Shown one piece after another: positions 1 through 12,855 of a stretch of 64,000 bases of DNA. Below the pieces are notes generated by a model. That model was not told where the DNA came from. It ran no database searches and saw only the letters and a list, made by a program, of their open reading frames with translations. The stretch spans positions 19,916,351 through 19,980,350 of the forward strand of contig NC_057718.1 of NCBI RefSeq assembly GCF_004010195.1. The letters run 5' to 3'. Origin of the DNA: Chiloscyllium plagiosum. Taxonomy: Eukaryota. Made by a program: the position numbers and the translations under genes. How positions within the stretch are numbered: the first letter of the stretch is position 1; each line of letters starts with the position of its first letter.

Positions 1-510
1 ATTTGTAAATACTGAAGAAAAGTACTCATTCAAGACTTCTCCTATCTCTTCAGCCTCCACACGCAACTTCCCACTATTATCCTTGACTGGACCTATTCCT
101 ACCCTAGTCATTCTTTTATTCCTGTCATACCTATAGAAAGCCTTAGGGTTTTCCCTAATCCTACCAACTAAGGACTTTTCATGTCCCCTCCTTGCTGCTC
201 TTAGCTCTCTCTTCAGGTCCTTCCTGGCTACCTTATAACTCTCAATCGCCCCAATTGAACCTTCACGCCTCATCTTTACATAGGCCGCCCTCTTCCATTT
301 AACAAGGGATTCCAATTCCTTATTAAACCACGGCTCCCTCACACGACCCTTTCCTCCCTGCCTGACGGGCACATACTTATCAAGGCTCCTCAATAGTTGC
401 TCCTTGAACAAGCTCCACATATCAATTACACCCTTGCCTTGAAGCTTACTTTTCCAGGCACATCCTAAGTCATGCCTCACAGCATCATAATTTCCCTGCC
501 CCCATCTATA
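1..510 (-). mobile_element. CR1 LINE ORF2 fragment (endonuclease-RT linker)
   Basis: Reverse strand reads ENPKAFYRY..KRMTRVGIGPVKDNSGKLRVEAEEIGEVLNEYFSSVFT; similar to 35300-35450. Confidence 0.85.
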
Positions 511-816
511 ACTCTTAGTTTTAAGTCATAGGTTGCAAATTTTCTGGGAAATAGATTGGACAGGTGATTAGCAACGAACGGCACATCTGCAGCTGGTGAC
601 AATGTGAGAGTATTGCACAGGTTTACTGATGCAGATACATTTCCTCCTTCTGTCCTCAAAGCTTTTCAAAGCCTCTTGCAATAGCACAACCATAACTGAA
701 TGGTTTTGAATATGAGACATTTGAATGTTCATAATGAACAATGAACATTTTGAATAAATTTATAGGAAACACTGGGATTTACTTCAAGGAATATGAATGT
801 GCGTAGACCATGTCAA

Positions 817-930
817 GAGCCCTCTTGTGGTGCAGTTGCAGTGCCCTTCGCCTAGATGAGGGGGGCTGGTTCAATTTCCACCTGCTCCAAAGTTATGTAA
901 TAACATTTCTGAACAGGTTGATTAGAAAAA
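817..930 (+). mobile_element. Short (~115 bp) tRNA-derived SINE
   Basis: A/B-box-like tggtgcagttg...ggttcaattt and tail gaacaggttgattagaa; related copies near 20985, 56345 (-) and 56815. Confidence 0.6.
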
Positions 931-983
931 TAGTTTAAATTTTAACAAAATAAACTATTTCAGCTTCATTATTTTTTACTCAC

Positions 984-1201
984 TTTCATGATATCCAATC
1001 TCTCCTCATCACAGCGCACAAACACACTGGATGAAGAGGAAAGAGGCAGAGATGTTGAGAGTGTGACAGCCTCTTGTGCAAGGCGTCTAGCTCTGGCAGC
1101 ACTGTTAGCATCGCTGGCATTCTTCACCTGAGACATATAATGGTAATTTACTTTGAAGATCAATTTTCCATCATCATCTTCTGTGACCATCTCAGCAGTA
1201 T
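984..1201 (-). CDS. BIRC6: BIRC6 coding exon K (phase 1-0, 218 nt), start of the UBC/E2 domain
   Basis: tctttttag acceptor, gtgagt donor; (D)TAEMVTEDDDGKLIFKVNYHYMSQVKNASDANSAARARRLAQEAVTLSTSLPLSSSSSVFVRCDEERLDIMK; the catalytic Cys exon lies outside the window. Confidence 0.97.
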
Positions 1202-1399
1202 CTAAAAAGAAAACCATTTTTAAGTTTCGGTAGAAAATTTGAGATGATGCTTTAAACACAAAATATCATCAACCAATAAATAATCAGAAAAATGAAATGC
1301 CATAGCCTACAGGGTCATGGGATCAAGAGCTGGAAAGTGAGCTTAGGTTGAACAGTTTTTCTGGTTGTCAAACACACAATCTATATTATGTTTGGTAGA

Positions 1400-1755
1400 A
1401 GTGGTGGCAAAATGATAACGTTAGTGCACCAGCAATCCAGAAAATCAGGCTGATGTTCTAGATTAAATGGTTTTGACCCTCATATTTGTAAGTGGTGACA
1501 TTTGAATTCAATGAAATTGGGAACTGAAAGCTAGACTAATGGTGACTATGTAACCACAGTTGATTATTATTTAAAAAACTCATCTGATTTGCTAACCCTC
1601 TTTCAGGAAGGAAATCTGCCATCCTTATCTGGTCTGGCCTACATTTAACTTTAGACCCAAAGCAATGTGGTCGACTTTTAAATTCCCCCTCGACAATCAG
1701 GGATGGGGAATAAATGCTGGTCTAGCCAGTGATGCTCACATTCCATGCATGACAT
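1400..1755 (+). mobile_element. tRNA-derived SINE with L2-like 3' tail
   Basis: Core gaaggaaatctgccatcctt; tail gggaataaatgctggtctagccagtgatgctcacattccatg resembles the LINE end near 57360-57410; inverted relative at 22380-22730. Confidence 0.7.
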
Positions 1756-1927
1756 TTTAAAAATTAAAAATAATTACAATTGAATCAATCTAATTTCAAA
1801 CGCCAAAGAGATGGATTCACCTCTTTTATCCAAGTAACATTCTTATAAACTCTCAAACATTAGCAAACAATCATTTCTATCTCAAGGATAAAGCTAATTT
1901 CTGAGCTGCCATGGCCGTAAATCAATT

Positions 1928-2027
1928 GCTGGCAGGTGGGACTAGATTGGATTAGGATATCTGGTCGACATGGACGGGTTGGACCAAAGGGTCGGTTTCC
2001 ATGCTGTACATCTCTATGATTCTATGT
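1928..2027 (+). mobile_element. CR1 3' tail fragment
   Basis: Close to the ends of the CR1 copies at 9620-9710 and 37030-37127. Confidence 0.85.
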
Positions 2028-2329
2028 TCACTTGATGCTATTTCTTTCAGTTAATGTTGGTCTCCAGGACCCTTGAAACAAACTATTAATTGAGCTCATT
2101 AATACTTCACAGAGATTCGCTAAAGTCATGTCTTCAACAACCTTGTAAGATGCCTTCCTCTGACACCACCTGGTCCCAGAAGCAGAAGACTTTCTCCTCA
2201 CTGACTTTTGGGACTTCTTTCCAGCAGTGACTTACTAGAAACTGATCACAGCACCTCTGCTGTTATGGGACCCATCCCCTGCATGAAACTGCTTCTGGCT
2301 CCTTCTCTCCCTGGTAGTTATGAACTTCA

Positions 2330-2537
2330 TGGAGAAAGTGAGGTCTGCAGATGCTGGAGATCAGAGCTGAAAAATGTGTTGCTGGAAAAGCGCAGCAGGT
2401 CAGGCAGCATCCAAGGAACAGGAGAATCGACGTTTCGGGCATAAGTCTTCCTGAAGAAGGGCTTATGCCCGAAACATCGATTCTCCTGTTCCCTGGATGC
2501 TGCCTGACCTGCTGTGCTTTTCCAGCAACACATTTTC
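2330..2537. mobile_element. Fold-back Penelope terminal-repeat (pLTR) insertion with 14-bp TSD
   Basis: Two inverted arms matching the terminus at 12856-12982; agttatgaacttca at 2316-2329 and 2538-2551. Confidence 0.85.
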
Positions 2538-4400
2538 AGTTATGAACTTCAAGTCAGCAAACACTTTAGCAACTATCTTGCCTTGTGCCCAGCTGAAATT
2601 GAGTTCTTTTGGATGCTGTTTCAAACACAATGCTCGTAATTATTTATTAATCTTCAGAAAAACACAGGCCTGATCTTCACAGAAAATCTAAAATTCATTT
2701 TTTCCCTACTTTAGCACTCAAATTTTCATGTAGTAATAATAATAAGAATCTGCATAGCACATTTAATAACTAATTAGAAATGCATCTCAAATAGGTTGCT
2801 CACAAGTTTAAGGACCAGAAAAAAATGGCCATCTCATTTTCAGTACTCTAAAAGAACAATGTTGTGAGCATCAAGTTGCCCTGACTACCTGTCTCCTACA
2901 ATATAGCAATAACTATACTTCAATGGTTGTAAAGCATCAAGCATAGTCTGAGGTTGTGCAAGGTAATAAATTCTCTAAACAGCATTCGAAACAGAGCAGC
3001 AATCTTTACCTGGAAGTAGTGGGGCAAGGAGAACAAAAATCCAAAATCCTGGCTTTTAATAAATTCAGTGCATCATTTTTGTTAGACCAATCAATTCTCA
3101 GAAATGAGTATATTGTCACAAATTTGCTTATAGTATCAGATCTGCAGTGGCAAAGATCAGGATGCAGAATTTTAAAGCCGTTCAGGTGATCTCAGGATCA
3201 TATATACAACCAAGCAGATCTGCTGCACAGAAACTTACTTAAGATCACAGGTAGAATAATAGGTAGGCAGACAGTCGGGTACAGAACACTTAATGCACAA
3301 TAATAAAAGGAGGCAAGTTCTGTGTACACAACCTAGATATTCTAAATATTGCCTGCTTTTTACTATCTGTGCTATGCACGTCAGGGTACAATAAAGGTTT
3401 AGAAGTAATTATTATTTCAATTCCCTGATGGCAGGGGAAATACGTCTGCATCAATGATTTTAAAGAGCAGTCTATTAATCACTTCTCTATAACTGCTCTC
3501 AACATTTTAATTTTTTTTCTCATTCATAAGTTTTCACATTTATTTCATGATAAGGCATTTACTCTGGAGAATTAATTCTCAAAACGCAGCTATTTTGATT
3601 TATAAAAACTGTATGATTACATAAATGCATCAATGTATGTGAATATACTTAATGTTTATTCATCTGAAAATTGAAATGCTTGTGTACTCCATAAATGCAA
3701 AACCCATACTCAAATACAGTCTAATCCAGAATAAAGTGCAAAGCTTACCATTTATAGCAAAATCCAAATTTCCTGTAATTTTACTTTGTTACATGTGTCC
3801 TGTTTCTTGCACTGAGATATGTTCCAGACAGCTGGGTCACAACACAACTTAGAGGGGAAATTTGTCAGTGATGTATATGGTCAAAAGGCAATTTCTAGGA
3901 AAGTGACTTTAAAATGCCCATGTTTCCAAACCAATGATAAATTCAAAAATAAATCTAAAATGCAATGCCCCAAAGTGTAGTGACTTAGAGAAATCCATTC
4001 CTGGTAAAAAGAATTAAGCTTTCTAGGCCTTTGCTGTCACCTTTTAATTATCACCCAGAAAGCAACAACTACGTTTAAAATTCCATAGCTTTCAATAACC
4101 ATTCAGGTGCTGACTCAAAGACTCATAGGGAAATGCAGTAGCAGCTAAGTTCAAACTTGGCTCAACATTTACGAGCACAACTTCAAGACTGTTCGATTGC
4201 TATCAACAGAAGGAACCCTGGCCTTGACCTCCCGGCTAAAGTATGCTGCCATCAACTGTGACATCTGTATCACGTACTGTATTGATCACTAAGCTATTGA
4301 GAGAATGACGCAAAAGAGATTTAATTACATAAAGCATTATTTACAGGAAATTCCATTTGTTCCGATTCAGATCCTTTTACACACATTAAAGTAAACGTAC

Positions 4401-4511
4401 CGAATTGCAGTTTTTTCATTGCAGCGACATACTTTTCCTCCAGAGAACGTGTGACTGCTAAAGGTCTCGGTCTTACCATTGCCTTCTTTGTTGATTCAGC
4501 AATTTTCTTTT
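4401..4511 (-). CDS. BIRC6: BIRC6 coding exon J (phase 1-1, 111 nt); not in ORF track
   Basis: ctgtttcag acceptor, gtacgt donor; (E)KKIAESTKKAMVRPRPLAVTRSLEEKYVAAMKKLQF. Confidence 0.95.
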
Positions 4512-5626
4512 CTGAAACAGTGGGTCAGGGAATGAATACAGGAGCAAATCCAATATGGCGCTGAGATCTCTGAATCCTCACTCGCAGTTTAAATAAAAGG
4601 AAGCAATGAACAGAAAGAGATACTGATACGGTTGGAACAGCAGGGGTGCAAGATGGCTCACATGGAGCACAAAGAGTGGCATTGATCAGTTGAGCTGAAT
4701 GGCCTGTTTGTACTGTAAATTCCATGTTTACAAATAAGCTGTACAGTTACAGAATTGTCCCCAGATACTATACAAATGCAAGTTCCTTTTCTTTAGTTTG
4801 ATCTCATGTTGGAGTTAAGTGGTCTCAGTTGGCACAGTAGCTGGACAATTTCAGCTCGGTATTCTTGGGTTAGGAATATGAAACACAGACTGGAAATCCT
4901 GCTGCTGTTCACTACCAGTCAGTACCTTTTCCTGTAATTGCATGCAGACACAAAGAGGATCTGGCTCAGCTGCAATGCATAGTGCACTGACTATAAAATA
5001 CTTCTGTTGTGAAAACACAATCAAGTCTTGCACATTAGCTAGATGGCAGTGATCCACAGCCCACACTTGCTAGCAAGTCAAAACCTACATACAAAACAAG
5101 GGAAACATAGACTAATAGTTAAGGAGGCTAACGTCAGTTACTTTAAAAATTTACTCTGTACAGCAAATTGAAGAGAATGAGTCTTATAAAATGTTGCAGT
5201 CTCCCAAAAGTAAAGGAAGTGCAGTTATACTGTATTCTCTTTGTACATGAATGTCTGCAGAGCTCAATTCCCAACAGAAATGGATAGAACTTGGATTAAA
5301 GATTCTCAAATTAACATTTCTTTGGATGGAGGTGGTAGAGGAAGAGAGAAAGACAGATTTCTATTGAAGATAGTATAAATCGTGAGAAGTTTTATATTAT
5401 AAGCATCAAATCAATGTGAAAATATATTCTGCATATTTCTCTGTGCAGTCTGACAGAGGGCATTGCCATCAGCACTGCAATAAGATAAAATATTCACAGA
5501 AAAAAAAATCTCTGCCTGAATGTTATCAAAAAAAAACTAAAACCATGGCTATTTAAATCAAATTCTTCTGGCTGATGCCAGAAATTACTTCTTCAAAAAG
5601 GACACCTTAACAGTTGATAGTCATAC

Positions 5627-5772
5627 CTTGGGCTGCCTGTCGCAGGCTATTGGTTGCCAATTGGACAATCTCAGCAGTTTGTTGAATATCAGGTACAAGC
5701 AGCGTTAATCCTTCAGATTCTGCTTCTGCTGCATCACTCTTGGACCCCACTTTGCTTTTATCTTTCTTAGAT
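5627..5772 (-). CDS. BIRC6: BIRC6 coding exon I (phase 2-1, 146 nt); true frame not in ORF track
   Basis: tttctggcag acceptor, gtatga donor; SKKDKSKVGSKSDAAEAESEGLTLLVPDIQQTAEIVQLATNSLRQAAQ. Confidence 0.95.
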
Positions 5773-8269
5773 CTGCCAGAAATGAAGAGTAACTGTTACT
5801 GGGCTTTATAATAAAATGTTCTATTTTAGTTACCAATATGCATGTTTTGTTTATATCATCAATAATAATATCTATCCCAAAACCTAAGTTAGTAAAGCCA
5901 ACACGAGATCTTTCCATTGTAAAATTACACTCCGTTCAATGCAGTAATAATCATTCCCAAGTATACAACATTCTGTGTAAAGCAAAGGTTTGTTAACTAA
6001 TGAGCTAATGAAGCTTCAAAGACTTGTATCAACCAGAGAAGCATTGTGTCTTGTTTGAAGTTTGTTACATTTTGAAAACTATGATATTGCAGTCATGGGT
6101 AACCTGGCTGCCAAATTATCAAATTATTATTTCCATCAATTCTGGAAGAAACATTTTAGCTCGCGGAAAGCAATAACACTTTTATTAAAACAAAGAGACA
6201 ACTTAGTTGATAATTCCAATGTATCTGTTGGGAATATAAATGGGTTGCAGTCCGATGAAATAATAAGTCACCACACTTCGAAAAAAATTACACCATCCGG
6301 AGATGCTTCAACTTCATGAAGGGCTTCATGCATTTTTAACTGTATAATATACCACCAGTGGCACAGACCTGATGTACATAAACTGTGCACTTGAAGCTGA
6401 GCTCAGCCTCTGTTTAGCTAATCTAGACAAAATCATTGGGCTTGCAATGTGGCTCCCTTTGACGAAGCAGGAGACTGATATATTCATTTGCAGAGCCCAG
6501 TCCTCTGAAGGAAAATGTGAGTTTGTGTAGTTATCGCACCTTTACAAACAAAGGAATCTTGGGAGACACTGCTCTCAGTTGAAAGAATGAAGATGACCTT
6601 AAGTGGTCACTGCCTCTGTAACTTCAGACAGATCATGCACCAAAGAAGTTATACTGACGGTGCCTCAAAGAATCAAAAGGTGCTTTGAAGTCATTAAGTA
6701 CTGAGACACTTGGCCAAAAGCTTTTTCAAAGCTTTTAAAGAAGAGTGGGGGTTAGAAAGCCTGGGGCTTAAGGACAGAATTCAAGAGCCAAGGACCTCAG
6801 TAACTTCATAGCAGTTCGTGGGACAAAGGAAATTAGGCTTGCAAAATAGAGCGAAATAAAAAGGTTACAACCCTGTGATGCAAACATCAAAATTGTGACT
6901 TCCAGAATAACATTCACACATTATGGAGAATATGAAGTGTAAACAGTAATATAATTATTACAAGTTCTGCAATGATAAATATTCAGATAATGCTCCATTA
7001 ACCCTTTCTAAAATAAGAGCGCTTGGTTGCTATCACAGTGAAATGAACTGGATTTAGTCTTAAAGCAACTTCAAAATAATTAAACCAAATTGAACCAGCA
7101 TCAGTCCCTTTTATAACTAGGTGTGCTAAATTACTTTTTAGCTTAGCTTGCATCTTGCAGGTTTAAAGTTTTACTACTTAAATTCTAAATCAAAGCATCC
7201 ACAGTTCAAAACATAAACTAACAATTCTGAATGTTTCAAAGCACCCATTAAAACAGTGCACACAGACAAATTTTCAACATTTCCTCATTAGAAGATCTCT
7301 TCCTCCTAACCTAGGACCACAGAAGTAACATGACCAGAGAACACAACTGGTAATGGGAATACCCAAGTAATTCAATTACTGCCTGTCTTCAGTAATTGAA
7401 GCACATTCCTTCTTGACACACGCAAACCAATCAAGAAACGTTTTGGGGAAAATATTTCATGGATTTTACTTAAAGGAACTCAAGTTGGAAGAGTTAAAAT
7501 TAAGGTGCAGCCTGAAGACAACTTTTTAAATTACTTCTTCCAACAATTAAAACAAAAGCACATTCGTTAACAAACATTATTTGGGCCCCACAGAAGTTTA
7601 GAAAGCATACTAAGCCCTTCACAAGGTAGTTTCAAAGACTGATCCCAAAAGTTTGAGAGAAGAATTGAAGCAACGCAGGTGTGCACTTGAGCGGACAGGA
7701 ACAATGAGTCTCTTACCAAGGAGAAAGTTAGAAAATTACTAATTGGTTAGATAATTGAAAAACGGCTGTCCACTTTCTATCAAATTTTTAAGAAAAGTAC
7801 AAGATATTAAGATTGTATTAAAGAAAGTGGAAGGTTTTTTTCTCAAAAAATTCAAGATTATGAGACTACTAGACTCTCAGCTATGGGATCAGTGTAGGTG
7901 TCACTTCTGGTCACTGTATATTTCAATATGTGGAAATATAGATACAGTATAAAGAGGAAGCTGTGTCACAGATGCAGATAGTGTCAGAATAGGAGGCATA
8001 GTTAATATTTCAGAACATGAAAGTTTTGTCAGTAAGGAGCAATGAACTAAAAAAGGGCAGAAGAATTTGTTGGTGTGCAGGCGAAGAATACACAATGGAA
8101 GGAGGATCAGTGCAGAGCGATTTACAAGTACAAGTGCATAAATGACTAAAAGGCACACTTCAGATTGGGTGAGACTCTTAAAACAAAAACCTAATGCAAT
8201 TCAAGTACTCTGTGTTGTAATAAAGGCAAATGCCTGCAAAAACCTTAAGACAGTTGGACACAATACTGT

Positions 8270-8940
8270 GATCCACATTGGAGGAGGAATAAAATCACAT
8301 AGGAGGAGTAAACTTCTAGCCCCTCATGCCAGCTCTACTATTCAGTATGATGACAGCTGATCTGATTATGGCCACAACTCTTCCCTGCCTATTCCACATA
8401 ACCCTCGACTCTCCTGTTGAGAGCCTTCATTCCTGATGAAGGACTCTTACCAGAAACATTCTCCTGCTCCTCGGATGCTGCCTGACCCACTGTGCTTTTC
8501 CAACACCACACTCTCGACTCTCCTGTTGAGAGTCCCATTCAAGGCTAAGTTAGATATTGACAAAGCCTCGGAAGCATCCCACGGAAGAGAATTCCAAAAA
8601 ACAAAAGGACACTCAGGAGAAATCCTTCACCTGCATGTTAATGGGTGACCTATTACTCTGAAATTGTTTACCAAGTTCTGCATTCCCCACAAAAGGAAAC
8701 ATCATCTCAACATCTACCTGATCAAGCCTCTTCCTATTTCTTCGAAACTCCAATGAAATTAGAACCGACCTGCTCAACCTTCTGTCAATGCAAATATCTT
8801 TCCTTAAATAGGTGACCAAAACTGTACACTGCACTTTACCCTTCCACCTGTAAAAAGGCTCTCCTATCTTTGTACTTCATAGCCCTCACAATAAAGGTTA
8901 ACATTCCAATTCCATTCGGAAATAATCACTATGCCTGCAT
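8270..8940 (-). mobile_element. Degraded CR1-type LINE 3' fragment, interrupted by a pLTR insert
   Basis: Reverse-complement similarity to CR1 3' regions (ggtgaccaaaactgtacac, catctcaacatctacctgatcaag). Confidence 0.6.
8424..8512 (+). mobile_element. Short Penelope pLTR fragment flanked by a 20-bp direct repeat
   Basis: ttcctgatgaagg...ggatgctgcctgacc; ctcgactctcctgttgagag at 8404-8423 and 8513-8532. Confidence 0.7.
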
Positions 8941-8979
8941 ATCAAGGTTTCAGGCAGGGCATCACTGTACATGTTCACT

Positions 8980-9710
8980 AGATTTACACTTAATGGTAAG
9001 GTCCTAGGCAGTGTTGCTGAACAAAGAGACCTTGGAGTGCAGGTTCATAGCTCCTTGAAAGTGGAGTCACAGGTAGATAGGATAGTGAAGGCGGCATTTG
9101 GTATGCTTTCCTTTATTGGTCAGAGTATTCAGTACAGGAGTTGGGAGGTCATGTTGCGGCTGTACAGGGCATTGGTTAGGCCACTGTTGGAATATTACGT
9201 GCAATTCTGGTCTCCTTCCTATCGGAAAGATGTTGTGAAACTTGAAAGGGTTCAGAAAAGATTTACAAGGATGTTGCCAGGGTTGGAGGATTTGAGCTAC
9301 AGGGAGAGGCTGAACAGGCTGGGGCTGTTTTCCCTGGAGCGTCGGAGGCTGAAGGGTGACCTTATAGAGGTTTACAAAATTATGCGGGCATGGATAGGGT
9401 AAACAGACAAAGTCTTTTCCCTGGGGTCAGGGAGTCCAGACGTGAGGGCATAGGTTTAGGGTGAGAGGGGAAAGATATAAAAGAGACCTACGGGACAACT
9501 TTTTCACACAGATGGTGGTATGTGTGGAATGAGCTGCCAGAGGAAGTGGTGGAGGCTGGTACAATTGCAACATTTAAGAGGCATTTGGATTGGGTTTGGA
9601 GGGATATGGGCCGGGTGCTAGCAGGTGGGACTAGATTGGGTTGGGATATCTGGTCGGCATGGAAGGGTTGGACCGAAGGGTCTGTTTCCATGCTGTACAT
9701 CTCAATGACT
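8980..9710 (+). mobile_element. 5'-truncated CR1 LINE (C-terminal ORF2 and 3' UTR)
   Basis: ORF 8971-9402 EQRDLGV...LYRALVRPLLEYYVQFWSP...LERVQKRFTRMLPGL...LERRRLKGDLIEVYKI. Confidence 0.95.
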
Positions 9711-12700
9711 TGAAAAGAATGGATGTTTTTTCATTAGAAAAATGCAGAATATAAAAAAACATAATTGGTGTTAAAACTTTGAGATAAATGGGATAAGATA
9801 GTTAGAAACAGCAGTTTCTTGCAGTTCAGCAACCAAGACAAAGAACCATAGGTACAAGAATGAAAACATAATAGTTAGCTTTGGCAGGAGAGACTTCTTT
9901 GCACAGCTAGATGCAAACTTTGGAATTCACTTAGTGTTCGTAGCTGAAGTAGAAACAATGGCAACACTTAAAATTAGATTGCACAGAAGAACAAAGGAAA
10001 ACAGGTTGAAGGATTATGGGAACAGAATCACCGATGCAATTAAGATTGTTTGGTTGAATGGAAATTAAATGTCATCTTGAACTACTTGGAGCACATGGCT
10101 TGTTTCTTGTCGCTCTTATGTATGTCTACATATTGCTCCAAGCTTCAATGTGAATCAAAGATTTATCATTCGCTGCACAAAAGCTTGTTAACACGGATGG
10201 AACAGTGCCACAGCAACAGCCTACTCACTCAGATCCTGGGGAAAACTGGAAAAAAAATACCCTGCACATTGCAAAACTGGGCAAAAGCCAATAAGTCATC
10301 TTGAAAAGACAAACTCAAAAGGGAAAAAACAAGTATTATCTGATATCTGTAAAGGCAATAAGATAGAGTGTTTTTTGTTGATATAATTAAATTGTCACAT
10401 ATTACTTATAGGATTGAGAACATTTGATTTAACATTTATTTGTGCAAAGAGCATTTGTTTAATCACAAATGCTCTTTGCACAAATATGTTATATTTTGCT
10501 TATTTATTAAGAAACATACTTGCAGCTTAATAATACACATTTGGAGAGTTACTTGGCTGAATGGAACGAATTAAAATTAAACTTTAGAAAATCTGACAGG
10601 TTCACCATAATGTAGGAGACTATAGGGCAATTTATACAACTCCTATAATTTTAGACAAGCCAGTGGTGCAAGAGAACTTTCCTGCACCTGAATATTTTTG
10701 GAAAACACGACTGCTGAATTTAAACAATATTTTAAAGCATCATAAATGAAAATATATGAAACCATACATGGAAATTGAATTGTAAAAATGTAAATGACTT
10801 GTAAAGGTGTGTCACTTCTGTGAACAGAGCAAGTGATCTTAAACAAGTGAAGGAACAGAAAGCATAGGGGGACACTTGGCTTATCATGCCTATCAGTTTT
10901 TTGGTAAAGCAATCTATTCTACCCAACTCCCTTGAACTTATTATAACTTTGTTTCCCCTTTATATATTTATCTAAATCTCTTACAAATGATTCTATCAAA
11001 TTTGATTCCGCCATTCTTTCATGCAAAGCATTCCAGGTTGCAACTTGTTGAATTTACAATAAAACATTTCTCTGGTTCAGTGCCAATCAACTTAAATGAG
11101 TATATTTCAGTTATCAATGCTCTGCTACAAAAAAATTCTAATAAGAACAATATTCTTCTCTTGTAACCTTTTGATCTCTGTTCAAGATATCTACCTCTCC
11201 ACATGTAAAAAAGACTATTATCGTATAAAATTCCATGAGTACTTCCTGCCAAATGTCAACAAGTGGAAAAATTAACTTATGTTGTATGGGGATAGAAAAG
11301 CCAGACTATAACAACCTTGAAGTTAGAGGAAAAAAAATTCGAGTTTTAAAAATCCTTTTTTAAACCAAGACCATTCCACAGTTAAATTGTCAATTTGTGA
11401 ACAATTATCATTAAAGTAAACATTACGATATGATTTGCATAGAGAGCTATTTTAAAAACTTTAATAAATAAAACTACTCCACCTGTAATAATACATAATT
11501 TATTGTTTTAAACAGTTTCAGCTAGAAAAATTGTTGGGAGAACCAAGATGCGACTGACATTTACATGACTGATGTCAGAAGCTACATTTTTGAGTGAAGT
11601 GCAGCCAGGAGATAATGGGAAATAAGAGCTCAATATCAGTAAGGTGAAAGAACAAAAAATGAAATAGGAAGTGTTCAAGCCAGGAGCTACAGTAGATTGC
11701 CATAAGGCTAAAGTCCAAATCCCACCTTTAACTGGGATCTAAATGTTCTACACTCGTTCAGCAAAATTAGGCACTTGGATGAGAACTCCTGAACAGCAGA
11801 CTGTTTAAACAAACCTCTCCTATAGAGCCAGGCATGATGTCACAGAGCAAAAGAATAAAATCATGACTTTAATATTCCTACTCTCGTAGGTGTCAGTAAA
11901 CAAATAAATGCTTAGCAGTTATTAGCAGTAATGTATCGCATTGGAAATAGTTGTTAGAGGTTAAAATCAAATTCAAAAGAAATGTCAAAAATACACTTTT
12001 CAAAATCAGAATTTGTTCTAAGTAAATGCAATAGCTTCCAGCTGGCAACACTAAAAATGTGATGTGATTTATTTTTGTCTCTGAATTAGGAAATGTGTTA
12101 CTGTATTCAGAAACATTTTGCCCTATCGTCATACAAAAACTCCTATCACACATGAATTAAAAATACAAACAACCTCAGCTGAAAAGAGCAAGCAAATAGT
12201 CCTGTGGTTTATGAAGAATTTACTTTGTTACCTAGAACAATACACAATCAAAGTGGCAGGTCAAACAAGAATAAAATGTTCATTCCAGTCCAACTTTAGT
12301 CTTGAAAACATGTCATGTTAAGAAATCAAATCTTCCCTGATCAGCTTGGAAAACTGACAACCGGGCTTTTTTTAAAAAAGCCAATGATGTAAAATTCATA
12401 GATGAAAAGAGCAAGTTGTATCAACACCAATTTAATTTAATCCTGCTTCATTTACAAGTAGCATCTTAGCATTCATTCTGAAACCATACTTGAAAAAGCT
12501 GTTTTGTTTAGTATGCTCTTTAACTTCCACATAGAAATGAATAGGCAGTCCTTGAAGAGCAGGAAAAAGGAGTACGGCACAGGTGGCAATGATTCGGTAC
12601 TGAAGTGGTTGTTCCCCTCTAGTCCGATAGCACACACAGACCTCATTCTGCAAGTGTGTGCCAGTTCTTTCAGGAGAAAGTGAAAAAGATAATATAAAAA

Positions 12701-12855
12701 ATGATATAAATATTGCTCAGCTGAATTGGCAGAGAGAAAACAGTGTGGGTAGAAAAAGGATGAAGGCCTTTGGGTGAAGGATTTTGATGATGTTATGTTG
12801 TGATTGAAGTTTGGAGTTTGAAGGACTGGAGATGCCTGGTTTGTTTTAAAAGAGG

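Noticed and set aside
5705..5917. Minus-strand 70-aa ORF overlapping BIRC6 exon I
   Set aside because: Wrong frame; the true exon is 5627-5772 in another frame
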